A stretch of DNA of 62,928 nucleotides, the filler included, from Octopus bimaculoides (taxonomy: Eukaryota), in the NCBI RefSeq assembly GCF_001194135.2. It is 4 parts of 3 records of this genome, joined end to end, with 100 filler letters (N's around TTAATTAATTAA, not from the genome) between each part and the next. Parts side by side here need not be neighbours in the genome. Positions count along the whole stretch, not along the records: positions 1 to 20,691 come from NC_068991.1; 3 more parts are not named here. One strand, 5' to 3'. Every line of letters starts with the position of its first letter. The stretch's first letter is position 1. Below the pieces are notes generated by a model. It was not told the origin of the DNA and did not search any database. It saw nothing but the letters and a program-made list of their open reading frames with translations. Both the position numbers and the translations under genes were made by a program. Below are positions 1 to 10,705 of the stretch, in pieces.

Positions 1-39
<39 letters not shown>

Positions 40-434
40 TAAGCATGTCTACAGACATGCGTGTGTGCGTGTGGGGTGTGTGTGTGAATTTCTGTATAAG
101 CACAAAGCGCGTGACATATAAAGACTGATTAGAATACTATGTTTCTTTATAATTAGAATGAGAAACCTGCAAAGAGAATTCGTGTTATTTTTACCCAATT
201 TGCTGGCAAGTGGTCTCCATAGTTGTGAAGATTACAGAGTATACATTGAAAACAAGAACAAAATGGGAAAGACAAGAATTATAGTAGCGATACACATGTT
301 TCGGTGGCAGTTGTAAGATGGTATTATAGATGCCTAGACTTATGAAATCATTACATTATAACATCGTTGCTATTATAGCGTTAGAACAGCCAATACACGA
401 AAGCAGAGACATAATGACTATTATTTCTGACTTG

Positions 435-497
<63 letters not shown>

Positions 498-1324
498 NNN
501 NNNNNNNNNNNNNNNNNNNNNNNNNNNNNNNNNNNNNNNNNNNNNNNNNNNNNNNNNNNNNNNNNNNNNNNNNNNNNNNNNNNNNNNNNNNNNNNNNNNN
601 NNNNNNNNNNNNNNNNNNNNNNNNNNNNNNNNNNNNNNNNNNNNNNNNNNNNNNNNNNNNNNNNNNNNNNNNNNNNNNNNNNNNNNNNNNNNNNNNNNNN
701 NNNNNNNNNNNNNNNNNNNNNNNNNNNNNNNNNNNNNNNNNNNNNNNNNNNNNNNNNNNNNNNNNNNNNNNNNNNNNNNNNNNNNNNNNNNNNNNNNNNN
801 NNNNNNNNNNNNNNNNNNNNNNNNNNNNNNNNNNNNNNNNNNNNNNNNNNNNNNNNNNNNNNNNNNNNNNNNNNNNNNNNNNNNNNNNNNNNNNNNNNNN
901 NNNNNNNNNNNNNNNNNNNNNNNNNNNNNNNNNNNNNNNNNNNNNNNNNNNNNNNNNNNNNNNNNNNNNNNNNNNNNNNNNNNNNNNNNNNNNNNNNNNN
1001 NNNNNNNNNNNNNNNNNNNNNNNNNNNNNNNNNNNNNNNNNNNNNNNNNNNNNNNNNNNNNNNNNNNNNNNNNNNNNNNNNNNNNNNNNNNNNNNNNNNN
1101 NNNNNNNNNNNNNNNNNNNNNNNNNNNNNNNNNNNNNNNNNNNNNNNNNNNNNNNNNNNNNNNNNNNNNNNNNNNNNNNNNNNNNNNNNNNNNNNNNNNN
1201 NNNNNNNNNNNNNNNNNNNNNNNNNNNNNNNNNNNNNNNNNNNNNNNNNNNNNNNNNNNNNNNNNNNNNNNNNNNNNNNNNNNNNNNNNNNNNNNNNNNN
1301 NNNNNNNNNNNNNNNNNNNNNNNN

Positions 1325-1366
<42 letters not shown>

Positions 1367-1542
1367 GTGTGTGTGTGTGTGCTTATGTGTACGACGAGCG
1401 TCCACACAGCTTTCATGTAGGAGCAGCTTGATCGACTCTGGATACACGGTTTCCGTACAATGGGATCGAAACCGAAAGCAGGTGGGTGCAAATCGGTTTC
1501 TTAAGCACACACCCATGCCTGCACTCACACATATGCAAGTGT

Positions 1543-1580
<38 letters not shown>

Positions 1581-1701
1581 TATGTGTGAGAGAGAGTGAG
1601 AGATAAAGAGAGACAGAGAGATGTGAGTAGTGTTTATTGTTTTGTAAGATCAGGGTTACGTACTTCTGTGTCAGTTAATGTAGGACAGCCACACACACAC
1701 G

Positions 1702-1774
<73 letters not shown>

Positions 1775-3014
1775 GCATCTGAAGAGTATTCACAGACTTC
1801 GTGTTATACGTTAGCAGATGTTTCCAAACCGATCATATATTTCATTAGGTGTCTTTTTATTAAACAGCGGTAGTTTGTTGTTTCCGGTGCGTGTATAGAT
1901 TCAACATGTAACCTATGTTCATCTGATCTCAGCTTAGTCTGCACAGTTAATAAACCAACTGTGTTAACTTCCGCTAAATCTTTCTACTTGTTTTTCTTTC
2001 TTTCTTTATATCTTCGAGACAGCAGCGAAATTTTTTTATCTGCTGTTTTCTTTAATAGTCTAAGACAAGTTTCATTATCGCTGAGTATATATATGAAGAT
2101 ATGTGGCTTTTAATATATCATAGATATAAAGTTGTTGCTATTTAACCCATGGCCAGCTCTGACGCAATAGACACATCTATAACGATACCCTTTTTAGAAT
2201 CATGACATATTATCTCCTAGAATAATATACTGCGGACATCATCATTCAATTTGTCCTATCAAAAGATGGCAAGTTTGGTTTTGAGGGAAATTACATTGGT
2301 ATTTCAAACAGAACTCTATATTTCGAACAGAAAAAATGCTGTACTCTACGGCATTATAATTATTGGATTATTTTGATATCTGAAACATAAAATATTTTAA
2401 AGCTATTGACTTTTAATTTTTTGTAATATGATGTTTCGTCATCATTTTGGCAAGCTAGCAGAATCGCTGGAGCATCAGAAATGCTACTTTGAGATATTTG
2501 TTCTGATTCTTTATTTTCTGAGTTCAATTCCCAGGTCATTAGCTTTACTTTTCATCTAATCCGGAGTTGATAAAATTATATACCAGTGTTATCGATTAAA
2601 CTAGGTTCCTAAAAATGGCTGTGCCTAAACCAGAAAACAAATGCAATCGAACGCCACAAAATTCTCTAATTGTTCTTTTAGAATTTTTCACCTTCATTCT
2701 ATAAACCGAACAAAGAATTTTTCGTTCAGAACAGTTTTAAGTGAGAATCTTTCCAAAACTCTGGGTACTTTTAGTAGATGTTTGCTAATTTTGTGTGACA
2801 ATTTACACTTTATATCCTTAATGTTTTACACCGAATCTCATCAATCAGTGAATACTAGTTAGATATACATCATTGTTACTGTTTTCATTACAACAAACCG
2901 AAGGGGGAAAAAAAATGAAGAATTCTTTTTCGCTTCTCAGAATCGGTTGATCAAGTAACTCAGTTGTGGCTGTCGACATCACACTTTTGTTTTTCTTCTA
3001 ATCATTCTCTACTG

Positions 3015-3238
3015 TTATCGTGCAAACCATCTCAGCATCATCTGTGTCAGTTTCTCACATACATTTGCCATCTTAGCAATATAATTATAAAAGTTTGCAG
3101 TGTTTCTAAAGATAATTCCGAGATCTTCCAGCGATAATGAATCTAGTGTTGGAATCTCCCTTCGTGCTATGCATCCATTAAGCGAGACATCGTAGTATTG
3201 ATGGTGCAGTGTTTCCTTTTTCAGTGGTAACATATTTT
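3015..3238 (-). CDS. Candidate terminal exon of an unknown protein
   Basis: Open frame of about 74 codons in non-repetitive DNA after CACAG (NMLPLKKETLHHQYYDVSLNGCIARREIPTLDSLSLEDLGIIFRNTANFYNYIAK...). The acceptor tract is weak. Confidence 0.25.
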
Positions 3239-3515
3239 CTGTGATCGACTTATAAATATTCTAAAATATAAGTTTGCAAATCTTCCATATAGCGAAGATA
3301 TTTTGTTACGTTTTTAGAATTTGTTACTATTGATTTTAAATACAGTCTCTTCATTTCAGCTTGGTTAAATGTATGTAATTACAATTGCGTTTGACTTTAC
3401 TTTGACTATTAAAGATTCGTTTCATTTGGGATCTGAACCATGGCAAGTGTTTGTCAGAAAATAAACCAATAACTCCATTGTAATAATTTCTACAGGTATG
3501 GCTGTGTTAAGACAT

Positions 3516-4060
3516 GGCGCAGGCATGGCTGTGTGGTTAAGATGCTCGCATTGCAGTCACATAGTTCCGCGTTCACTCACACTGCGCGGCACCGAGAGAG
3601 AGAGAGTGTCTTTTACTTTAGCACGAGGCTGACCAATGCTTCGTGAGTAAATTTGTTAGACGGACACTTTGTGGAGGGACATTGTATATATGTATATATA
3701 TGTCTTTGTGTTTCCATTTTTTTGTCCAACGACTCGCAGCTTGAAAATTGGTTTTCGTTTATTTATGACCATGTAACTTTGCAGCGCGACAAAAGACACA
3801 ACAGAATGAGTACCAGACTTTAGAATTAAGTACTAGAGTCGATTTTTTTAATTATGTGTCTGTGCTTGTCTCCCCACCGTAGCTTGACAACCGATGTTGG
3901 TGCGTTTACATCCTCGTAACTTAGTGTTTCGGCAAGAGATACCGACAGAATAAGTACTAGGCTTACAAAGAATAAGTCCTGGAGTCGATTAGTTCGACTA
4001 AAGGCGGTGTTCCATCATGGCCGCAGACAAAATGACTGAAACAAGTAAAAGAGTAAAAAG
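3516..4060 (+). mobile_element. tRNA-derived SINE family A (diverged, duplicated tail)
   Basis: Head GGCGCAGGCATGGCTGTGTGG; tail ...CAGCATGGCCGCAG...GACTGAAACAAGTAAAAGA, recurring many times in the window. Confidence 0.75.
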
Positions 4061-4234
4061 TATATATTCTCCCCCTCCCCTCTCCTCCCTTCCTGACTCT
4101 CTTCTTTTTCTCCTATTCTAAACAAAACAAAACAACATTCACTTTTCCATTTCTATAAAAGGTGGAAGAAATTTTCTGCGCATTTATATCTTGAAGAGTT
4201 CGATTGAATGGACGGAATCGCTAATAAAGTATTA

Positions 4235-6196
4235 CACTAAGTAAAAAAAAAAAAAAATGAAAAAAAAAAAAATCATCATGCTATTTAAACTTTTTCAGCT
4301 GGTTTAGGGTACTTTTAGGGTGCTGAGACTGAATCTGACATCAGTTTTCAGACAACACGTGTAGTTTTCTTAGTTATTCACAGCATCAGATTTTCCAACC
4401 AATTGATAATATTGACAAAGTAGTAGGCTATTTGCTTTCGATTTTCTTTCATAGACTCATCACTGAAACAAAGATAAATGCTTGCCACACAAGGTGAGAA
4501 TTTATTTTATTTTGTTATCGCTGTAATTATAGTAAAGTTCTCCTCACTGTTAGGTTGATATTAGCTTATAGTAGGCTACTCAGACTCTCTTTTCTTGATA
4601 ACTGCTAGTGCCATTAAAACAAACTATATCAAATAAGAGAACCAGATTATATGAAAAGTAGTTTAGTAGTAAGTTTAGTTATTTATTAAAGTGATCAATG
4701 TTTGAAATTTAGAGATGAAGAAAATTGCTTCGTGATAGCCGTAGCTTCTGTACATTCTGTAATAATTTCAATGATTTTTTCCTAGAAATATATTTTGACG
4801 TTTTGAAGTAACATTTACAGTTGATTAAATTTATATTTTAGTTTACTAATAGGCTTCCTTGAGTGTTGATTTAGATTATTTCTATATGTATTTATGATGA
4901 GAAGATAAGTTTGTGTTAATCACCTGGACAACTTTTGTTACGTGTGTAGAAAATTTACGCCAAAAGATAAGAGAAATACGCTTAAAAAGAAATATCAAAA
5001 TGCGTACAAGTTTTACTTTGGGTGCAAGATTGGGGACCAATATAAACTGTGGGCGCCTCATATTTGTTGCGAAAACTGCTACATAGCACTAACCCAATGG
5101 CTGAATGGTAAACGGAAAAGTATGCAATTTGCAATACCAATGATATAGCGCAAACCAACAAACCATTATACTAATTGTTATTTCTGATTAATTAACATCA
5201 CAGGTTTCTCTAAGAAGAACAGATCCAAGATTGTTTATCCAGATTGCCCTTCAGCTTCAAAACCAGTTACTCATACTGCTGAAAACATTGCAATTCCAGA
5301 ACCTTCTTCATCTTTTGACAAAGATGGTTTAAGTGAAGAAAGTACTGCATCTACTTCAATTGAAGACGCGCTGAGTGATACAGCAGATCATTGTGATGAA
5401 TTCGGATCTTCCAAAAAAAATTCTTCATTTTTTAAGTCAACTTGAGTTAAATGATTTAGTTTCAGACTTGGGTTTAACAAAAGAAAAGTCAGAACTACTG
5501 GGCTCCAGGTTAAAACAATGGAATCAAGCCCAGTAGAGAAAGCTGTTTGGGAAAAGTTTGTTTCTCTTGTAAAAAAGATTTTTGGGAAATGAAAAAATCA
5601 TCTATGTTGCAATTGTGAATGATTTTTTCAAAGCTTATAAGCAATTTGGGGAAAGAATGTCTCTAAAAAATTCCTTTTCTACACTCTCATCTTGACTTTT
5701 TTTCCACCCAATATGGCTGATGTAAGCGATGGGAATGGTAAACGAATTCATCAAGTAATCAAAGAGCTAGAAAGCCGCTACAGCAGGAGATTTACACCAA
5801 ACATGCTGACGGATTACTGCTGGTTTTTAAAACGAGAAACAGACATGCAACATAAGCGTAAACGGAGACGCCGAAGCTATTTTTGTAAAAAAACATACTA
5901 TTTTTATAATATTCACTTTACACTTTTTTTGTTTTGTGTTTTAATGGTTTTAGAGCTACTTGTCCACCTAGTTGCCATTGTTCTTATATCAAATAACGGT
6001 AATTTACGGTTAACATAACATTCACCTTATTTGTCACGAATTCTCACATTACTGTAATTTTGATAGCAGTATAATAAGGATTGCGCAAAAACGTGACGTG
6101 CTAGAGCAAAAATGATTGCAGATTTGGAATCAGCGCTTCCAAATTACCTATGAGCACCATTTTGTCTAATAATAGCAAACGTTTTGTTGCGTTGAG
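4235..6196 (+). mobile_element. Degraded, internally deleted DNA transposon, probably Chapaev3 (CMC) type
   Basis: Transposase relics CRKFTP...YFGCKIGDQYKLWAPHICCENC...PMI*RKPTNHY and LTFFPPNMADVSDGNGKRIHQVIKELESRYSRRFTPNMLTDYCWFLKRE, with stops and frameshifts. Subterminal inverted similarity (about 4315-4360 vs 6090-6160); begins CACT with TTA flanks. Family assignment is from recall. Confidence 0.7.
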
Positions 6197-7605
6197 TTAT
6201 TCAAAATTCTGGTTGACACCTTCTCAATATACAATAATCTGTACAACCCTTCAAGCCCTCTACACACACACATGCAATCCCCCCACACACTAGTATATGC
6301 ATATGTATATGAATAGAGAAATTATTATTTCTAAATCTCTGAATGAGAAACATTCAGTAACAGTACTCCAGAGTAAATATTATTTTCCAAGATAATGTAG
6401 CTCTCCTGGTTAGGACGAATGTTACTGTTATTTAACCCCATGAAACATCATCTCCAGCTGGCTGTCACTATGTTGGAAAAATACTCTTCACTCTGTCTGT
6501 CTGTCTCCCTCTCCCTCTTTCTATATATATGCATGGATATATATATGTGTATATATATATATATATATTCATATATATATATATATACACAGCAAGATGT
6601 CCAAATGCTGCTAGATCATGTGAACTCAATAAATCCATCCATACAGTTCACCATGGAAAAGGAACAGAACAATCAGCTGGCATTCCTGGACGTATTAATA
6701 ACACGCACCGAGTATGGATTCAGGACATCCGTATATCGCAAGCCAACCTTCACTGGACGATACCTTAACTTCAATTCCCACCATCCATACAGTGTAAAGA
6801 GAGGNNNNNNNNNNNNNNNNNNNNNNNNNNNNNNNNNNNNNNNNNNNNNNNNNNNNNNNNNNNNNNNNNNNNNNNNNNNNNNNNNNNNNNNNNNNNNNNN
6901 NNNNNNNNNNNNNNNNNNNNNNNNNNNNNNNNNNNNNNNNNNNNNNNNNNNNNNNNNNNNNNNNNNNNNNNNNNNNNNNNNNNNNNNNNNNNNNNNNNNN
7001 NNNNNNNNNNNNNNNNNNNNNNNNNNNNNNNNNNNNNNNNNNNNNNNNNNNNNNNNNNNNNNNNNNNNNNNNNNNNNNNNNNNNNNNNNNNNNNNNNNNN
7101 NNNNNNNNNNNNNNNNNNNNNNNNNNNNNNNNNNNNNNNNNNNNNNNNNNNNNNNNNNNNNNNNNNNNNNNNNNNNNNNNNNNNNNNNNNNNNNNNNNNN
7201 NNNNNNNNNNNNNNNNNNNNNNNNNNNNNNNNNNNNNNNNNNNNNNNNNNNNNNNNNNNNNNNNNNNNNNNNNNNNNNNNNNNNNNNNNNNNNNNNNNNN
7301 NNNNNNNNNNNNNNNNNNNNNNNNNNNNNNNNNNNNNNNNNNNNNNNNNNNNNNNNNNNNNNNNNNNNNNNNNNNNNNNNNNNNNNNNNNNNNNNNNNNN
7401 NNNNNNNNNNNNNNNNNNNNNNNNNNNNNNNNNNNNNNNNNNNNNNNNNNNNNNGAAAACTAAAAGAAGCAGCACATATGCTAGGACACAACAACCTCCT
7501 AAGCAGACCGAGTGCAGATATGAATAGCATATGGGAACCGGTATTGAGGAAGGATAGAAAAATAATAGATTTATAAGCCTTAAAATTCACCCCATAATTG
7601 CCCAC

Positions 7606-7659
7606 GGGCATATGGCGTAGTGGTTAAGAGCGCGGGCTACTAACCCCAAGGTTCCGAGT
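7606..7659 (+). promoter_or_regulatory. tRNA-derived segment with Pol III A box in the Penelope 3' region
   Basis: GGGCATATGGCGTAGTGGTTAAGAGCGCGGGCTACTAACCCCAAGGTTCCGAGT: tRNA-like 5' half with TGGCGTAGTGG A box. Not a complete tRNA. Confidence 0.65.
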
Positions 7660-7740
7660 ATGTGTGTGTGTGTGTATAATAATAATAATAATAATAGTAA
7701 CATCGATAGGAATGAGAATCCAGGTTCGAAATTTCCCCAA

Positions 7741-7786
7741 GACACCTGACGAAGGCTGGAGGGTATATCAGTCGAAACGTTGTGTT
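7741..7786 (+). ncRNA. Minimal type I hammerhead ribozyme (dimer type)
   Basis: GACAC-CTGACGA-A-GGCTG(GAGGGTATAT)CAGTC-GAAAC-GTT-GTGTT: intact core, stem I GACAC/GTGTT, stem II, loopless palindromic helix III AACGTT, GUU site. Confidence 0.72.
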
Positions 7787-7932
7787 AACAACAAACAAGA
7801 TGAGGACGAATATCCGTCAAATGTAGATAATGTAAATAATGTATATATATGCAATATATATATATGCAAAACTTATACGTACATCGACACACACACGTAC
7901 ACACACACATCCACAACCACACCCACATAGAT

Positions 7933-7987
<55 letters not shown>

Positions 7988-8521
7988 AATATATAATCTG
8001 CACACTCATATCTATATATGTATATACGTATATGTATGCACACACACTCGCACACACGCATGCACACGTATACACACGCACACCCACTTATCAATTAAAA
8101 GAAATTGCCTTAATCGATCAGTTGTCAGTTTAGATTTTAAGAACTAAAGTTCATGTTAAAACATTCGTTACAATCAATAAATCTAGGATTGTCATTCATG
8201 TTTCATATGTTTCATAGCTGTCGTTCCAAAGCAGTTAAATTAGTCTAATAACGAAATATGCTACGAATTTTCATTAGTTTCATCTCGTCTCTTGAAGCTA
8301 CTCAGTCGCTTAACATAAAGTTCCGTCTTTTTCCAATATCGTCTTCAGTCTCTGAGCAACAAAATTCTCGTACACCGCTATTCTAATGATATTATATGTC
8401 ATAGCTATAGGCAACCGAGCAGCAACTTTTATTAGATATTGCTCAGCAGAAATCAAACATAGCAGGAAAATTAGAATTTGAGAAACATCGTGTTTAATAC
8501 ACAGAGCAAATCATATATATG

Positions 8522-8608
<87 letters not shown>

Positions 8609-9660
8609 NNNNNNNNNNNNNNNNNNNNNNNNNNNNNNNNNNNNNNNNNNNNNNNNNNNNNNNNNNNNNNNNNNNNNNNNNNNNNNNNNNNNNNNNNNNN
8701 NNNNNNNNNNNNNNNNNNNNNNNNNNNNNNNNNNNNNNNNNNNNNNNNNNNNNNNNNNNNNNNNNNNNNNNNNNNNNNNNNNNNNNNNNNNNNNNNNNNN
8801 NNNNNNNNNNNNNNNNNNNNNNNNNNNNNNNNNNNNNNNNNNNNNNNNNNNNNNNNNNNNNNNNNNNNNNNNNNNNNNNNNNNNNNNNNNNNNNNNNNNN
8901 NNNNNNNNNNNNNNNNNNNNNNNNNNNNNNNNNNNNNNNNNNNNNNNNNNNNNNNNNNNNNNNNNNNNNNNNNNNNNNNNNNNNNNNNNNNNNNNNNNNN
9001 NNNNNNNNNNNNNNNNNNNNNNNNNNNNNNNNNNNNNNNNNNNNNNNNNNNNNNNNNNNNNNNNNNNNNNNNNNNNNNNNNNNNNNNNNNNNNNNNNNNN
9101 NNNNNNNNNNNNNNNNNNNNNNNNNNNNNNNNNNNNNNNNNNNNNNNNNNNNNNNNNNNNNNNNNNNNNNNNNNNNNNNNNNNNNNNNNNNNNNNNNNNN
9201 NNNNNNNNNNNNNNNNNNNNNNNNNNNNNNNNNNNNNNNNNNNNNNNNNNNNNNNNNNNNNNNNNNNNNNNNNNNNNNNNNNNNNNNNNNNNNNNNNNNN
9301 NNNNNNNNNNNNNNNNNNNNNNNNNNNNNNNNNNNNNNNNNNNNNNNNNNNNNNNNNNNNNNNNNNNNNNNNNNNNNNNNNNNNNNNNNNNNNNNNNNNN
9401 NNNNNNNNNNNNNNNNNNNNNNNNNNNNNNNNNNNNNNNNNNNNNNNNNNNNNNNNNNNNNNNNNNNNNNNNNNNNNNNNNNNNNNNNNNNNNNNNNNNN
9501 NNNNNNNNNNNNNNNNNNNNNNNNNNNNNNNNNNNNNNNNNNNNNNNNNNNNNNNNNNNNNNNNNNNNAGGATAAAATCTTTATAAGAATTTATCAAGTA
9601 GTCAGCGTGAAAAAACCCCATAAGGAAAAAAACTCATTGTTTTTTTTCCATAAATATATA

Positions 9661-10036
9661 TAATTTATATAAGGGCATTAACTATATAGTAATGCCTCAC
9701 GCTTAGAGGGACTAAATAAGTCAAAAACTACCCAAAAATAAGCAACATATTTACCGAAAGCGAGGAAATGCAGCTTTCAAAATTAATCTCTTAAAGACAT
9801 TTAACTTAACGGCAAACCACTGGTTTCTCAATCAATATAGCAAAACTGTGAAGTAAGCTGCATCTTTTATTCATCAGTACACGTATGGTCGAGACACATA
9901 AAAATAAACAAGAATCAACATACCACGATAGCTGCATTTCCTCGCTTTCGGTAAATATGTTGCTTATTTTTTGGTAGTTTTTGACTTATTTAGTCCCTCT
10001 AAGCGTGAGGCATTACTATATAGTTAATGCCCTTAT

Positions 10037-10044
<8 letters not shown>
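9661..10044. mobile_element. Young non-autonomous element with about 115-bp near-perfect TIRs inserted in (TA)n
   Basis: 9661-9775 is the reverse complement of 9930-10044 with one visible mismatch; AT-rich non-coding spacer; TA-repeat flanks. Confidence 0.85.
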
Positions 10045-10073
<29 letters not shown>

Positions 10074-10443
10074 ATTTACAGAAAACGAAAGACGAATACA
10101 GCCGTACGAACAAGAATCAGGTGTATTAGTTTAACGCTCGGTAAGAATGGAAGAATCTTTTAGATTTCTAGTCTGTGCTCTTCGACCGAAAGTATGAAGG
10201 GAGGAAGAACAGAGAGAGAATAAAAGAAAAAACGGAATGAGAAAAGAATGTGTACAGATTAACGGTTCAACAGTACACTCACACACACACAAAGAAGAAC
10301 ATATGCAGGTTTTAAAACATGTTTCGTTAGCATTTCGTCATCATTTTGGCAGCGTTTCATCTGTTTATTTTGCATTTCATTGCTGTATTTTTAAATGACA
10401 TTTTTCCAACTGATTGTCAATTCTACCAATTCGTTATCAATTG

Positions 10444-10649
10444 CAGTAATCCCTTGACTATCGCGGGTGTTACGTTCCCCCACCACCGCGATAGGTGAAA
10501 ATCCGCGAAGTAGAAACAGTACTGTACTCTATATTTTGTAAAATTATTTTTATAATTTGTATTTATTTATTTTATTATAAATGCAAAACAACACTTGGGA
10601 GGAATCGACGTAAGCTTAAATAATAAATCGCGATATGGCGTGAGATTAC

Positions 10650-10651
<2 letters not shown>
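10444..10651. mobile_element. Tigger/pogo-like MITE
   Basis: Imperfect TIRs CAGTAATCCCTTGACTATCGCG ... CGCGATATGGCGTGAGATTACTG. Confidence 0.6.

Positions 10652-10705
<54 letters not shown>

Larger units (their letters stand above)
6589..7850 (+). mobile_element. 5'-truncated Penelope-like retroelement (RT thumb, gap, GIY-YIG end, 3' pLTR)
   Basis: LLDHVNSINPSIQFTMEKEQNNQLAFLDVLITRT...VYRKPTFTGRYLNFNSHHP is the typical PLE RT C-terminus. After the gap: KLKEAAHMLGHNNLLSRPS...IWEPVL*. The tail carries a hammerhead. Confidence 0.88.

Noticed and set aside
330-1589. Long ORFs (300-450 aa) here and at 8.5, 32.7, 40.3, 51.8 and 60.2 kb
   Set aside because: They consist of N runs plus (CA)n/(TA)n translations (HTHT, YIYI, CVCV) and are not genes.
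7606-7659. tRNA gene
   Set aside because: The T arm and acceptor 3' strand are missing and the anticodon stem is mismatched; it is retroelement-derived.
8250-8390. Short minus-strand frame NSGVREFCCSETEDDIGKK...
   Set aside because: About 40 codons with a weak acceptor; not distinguishable from chance.
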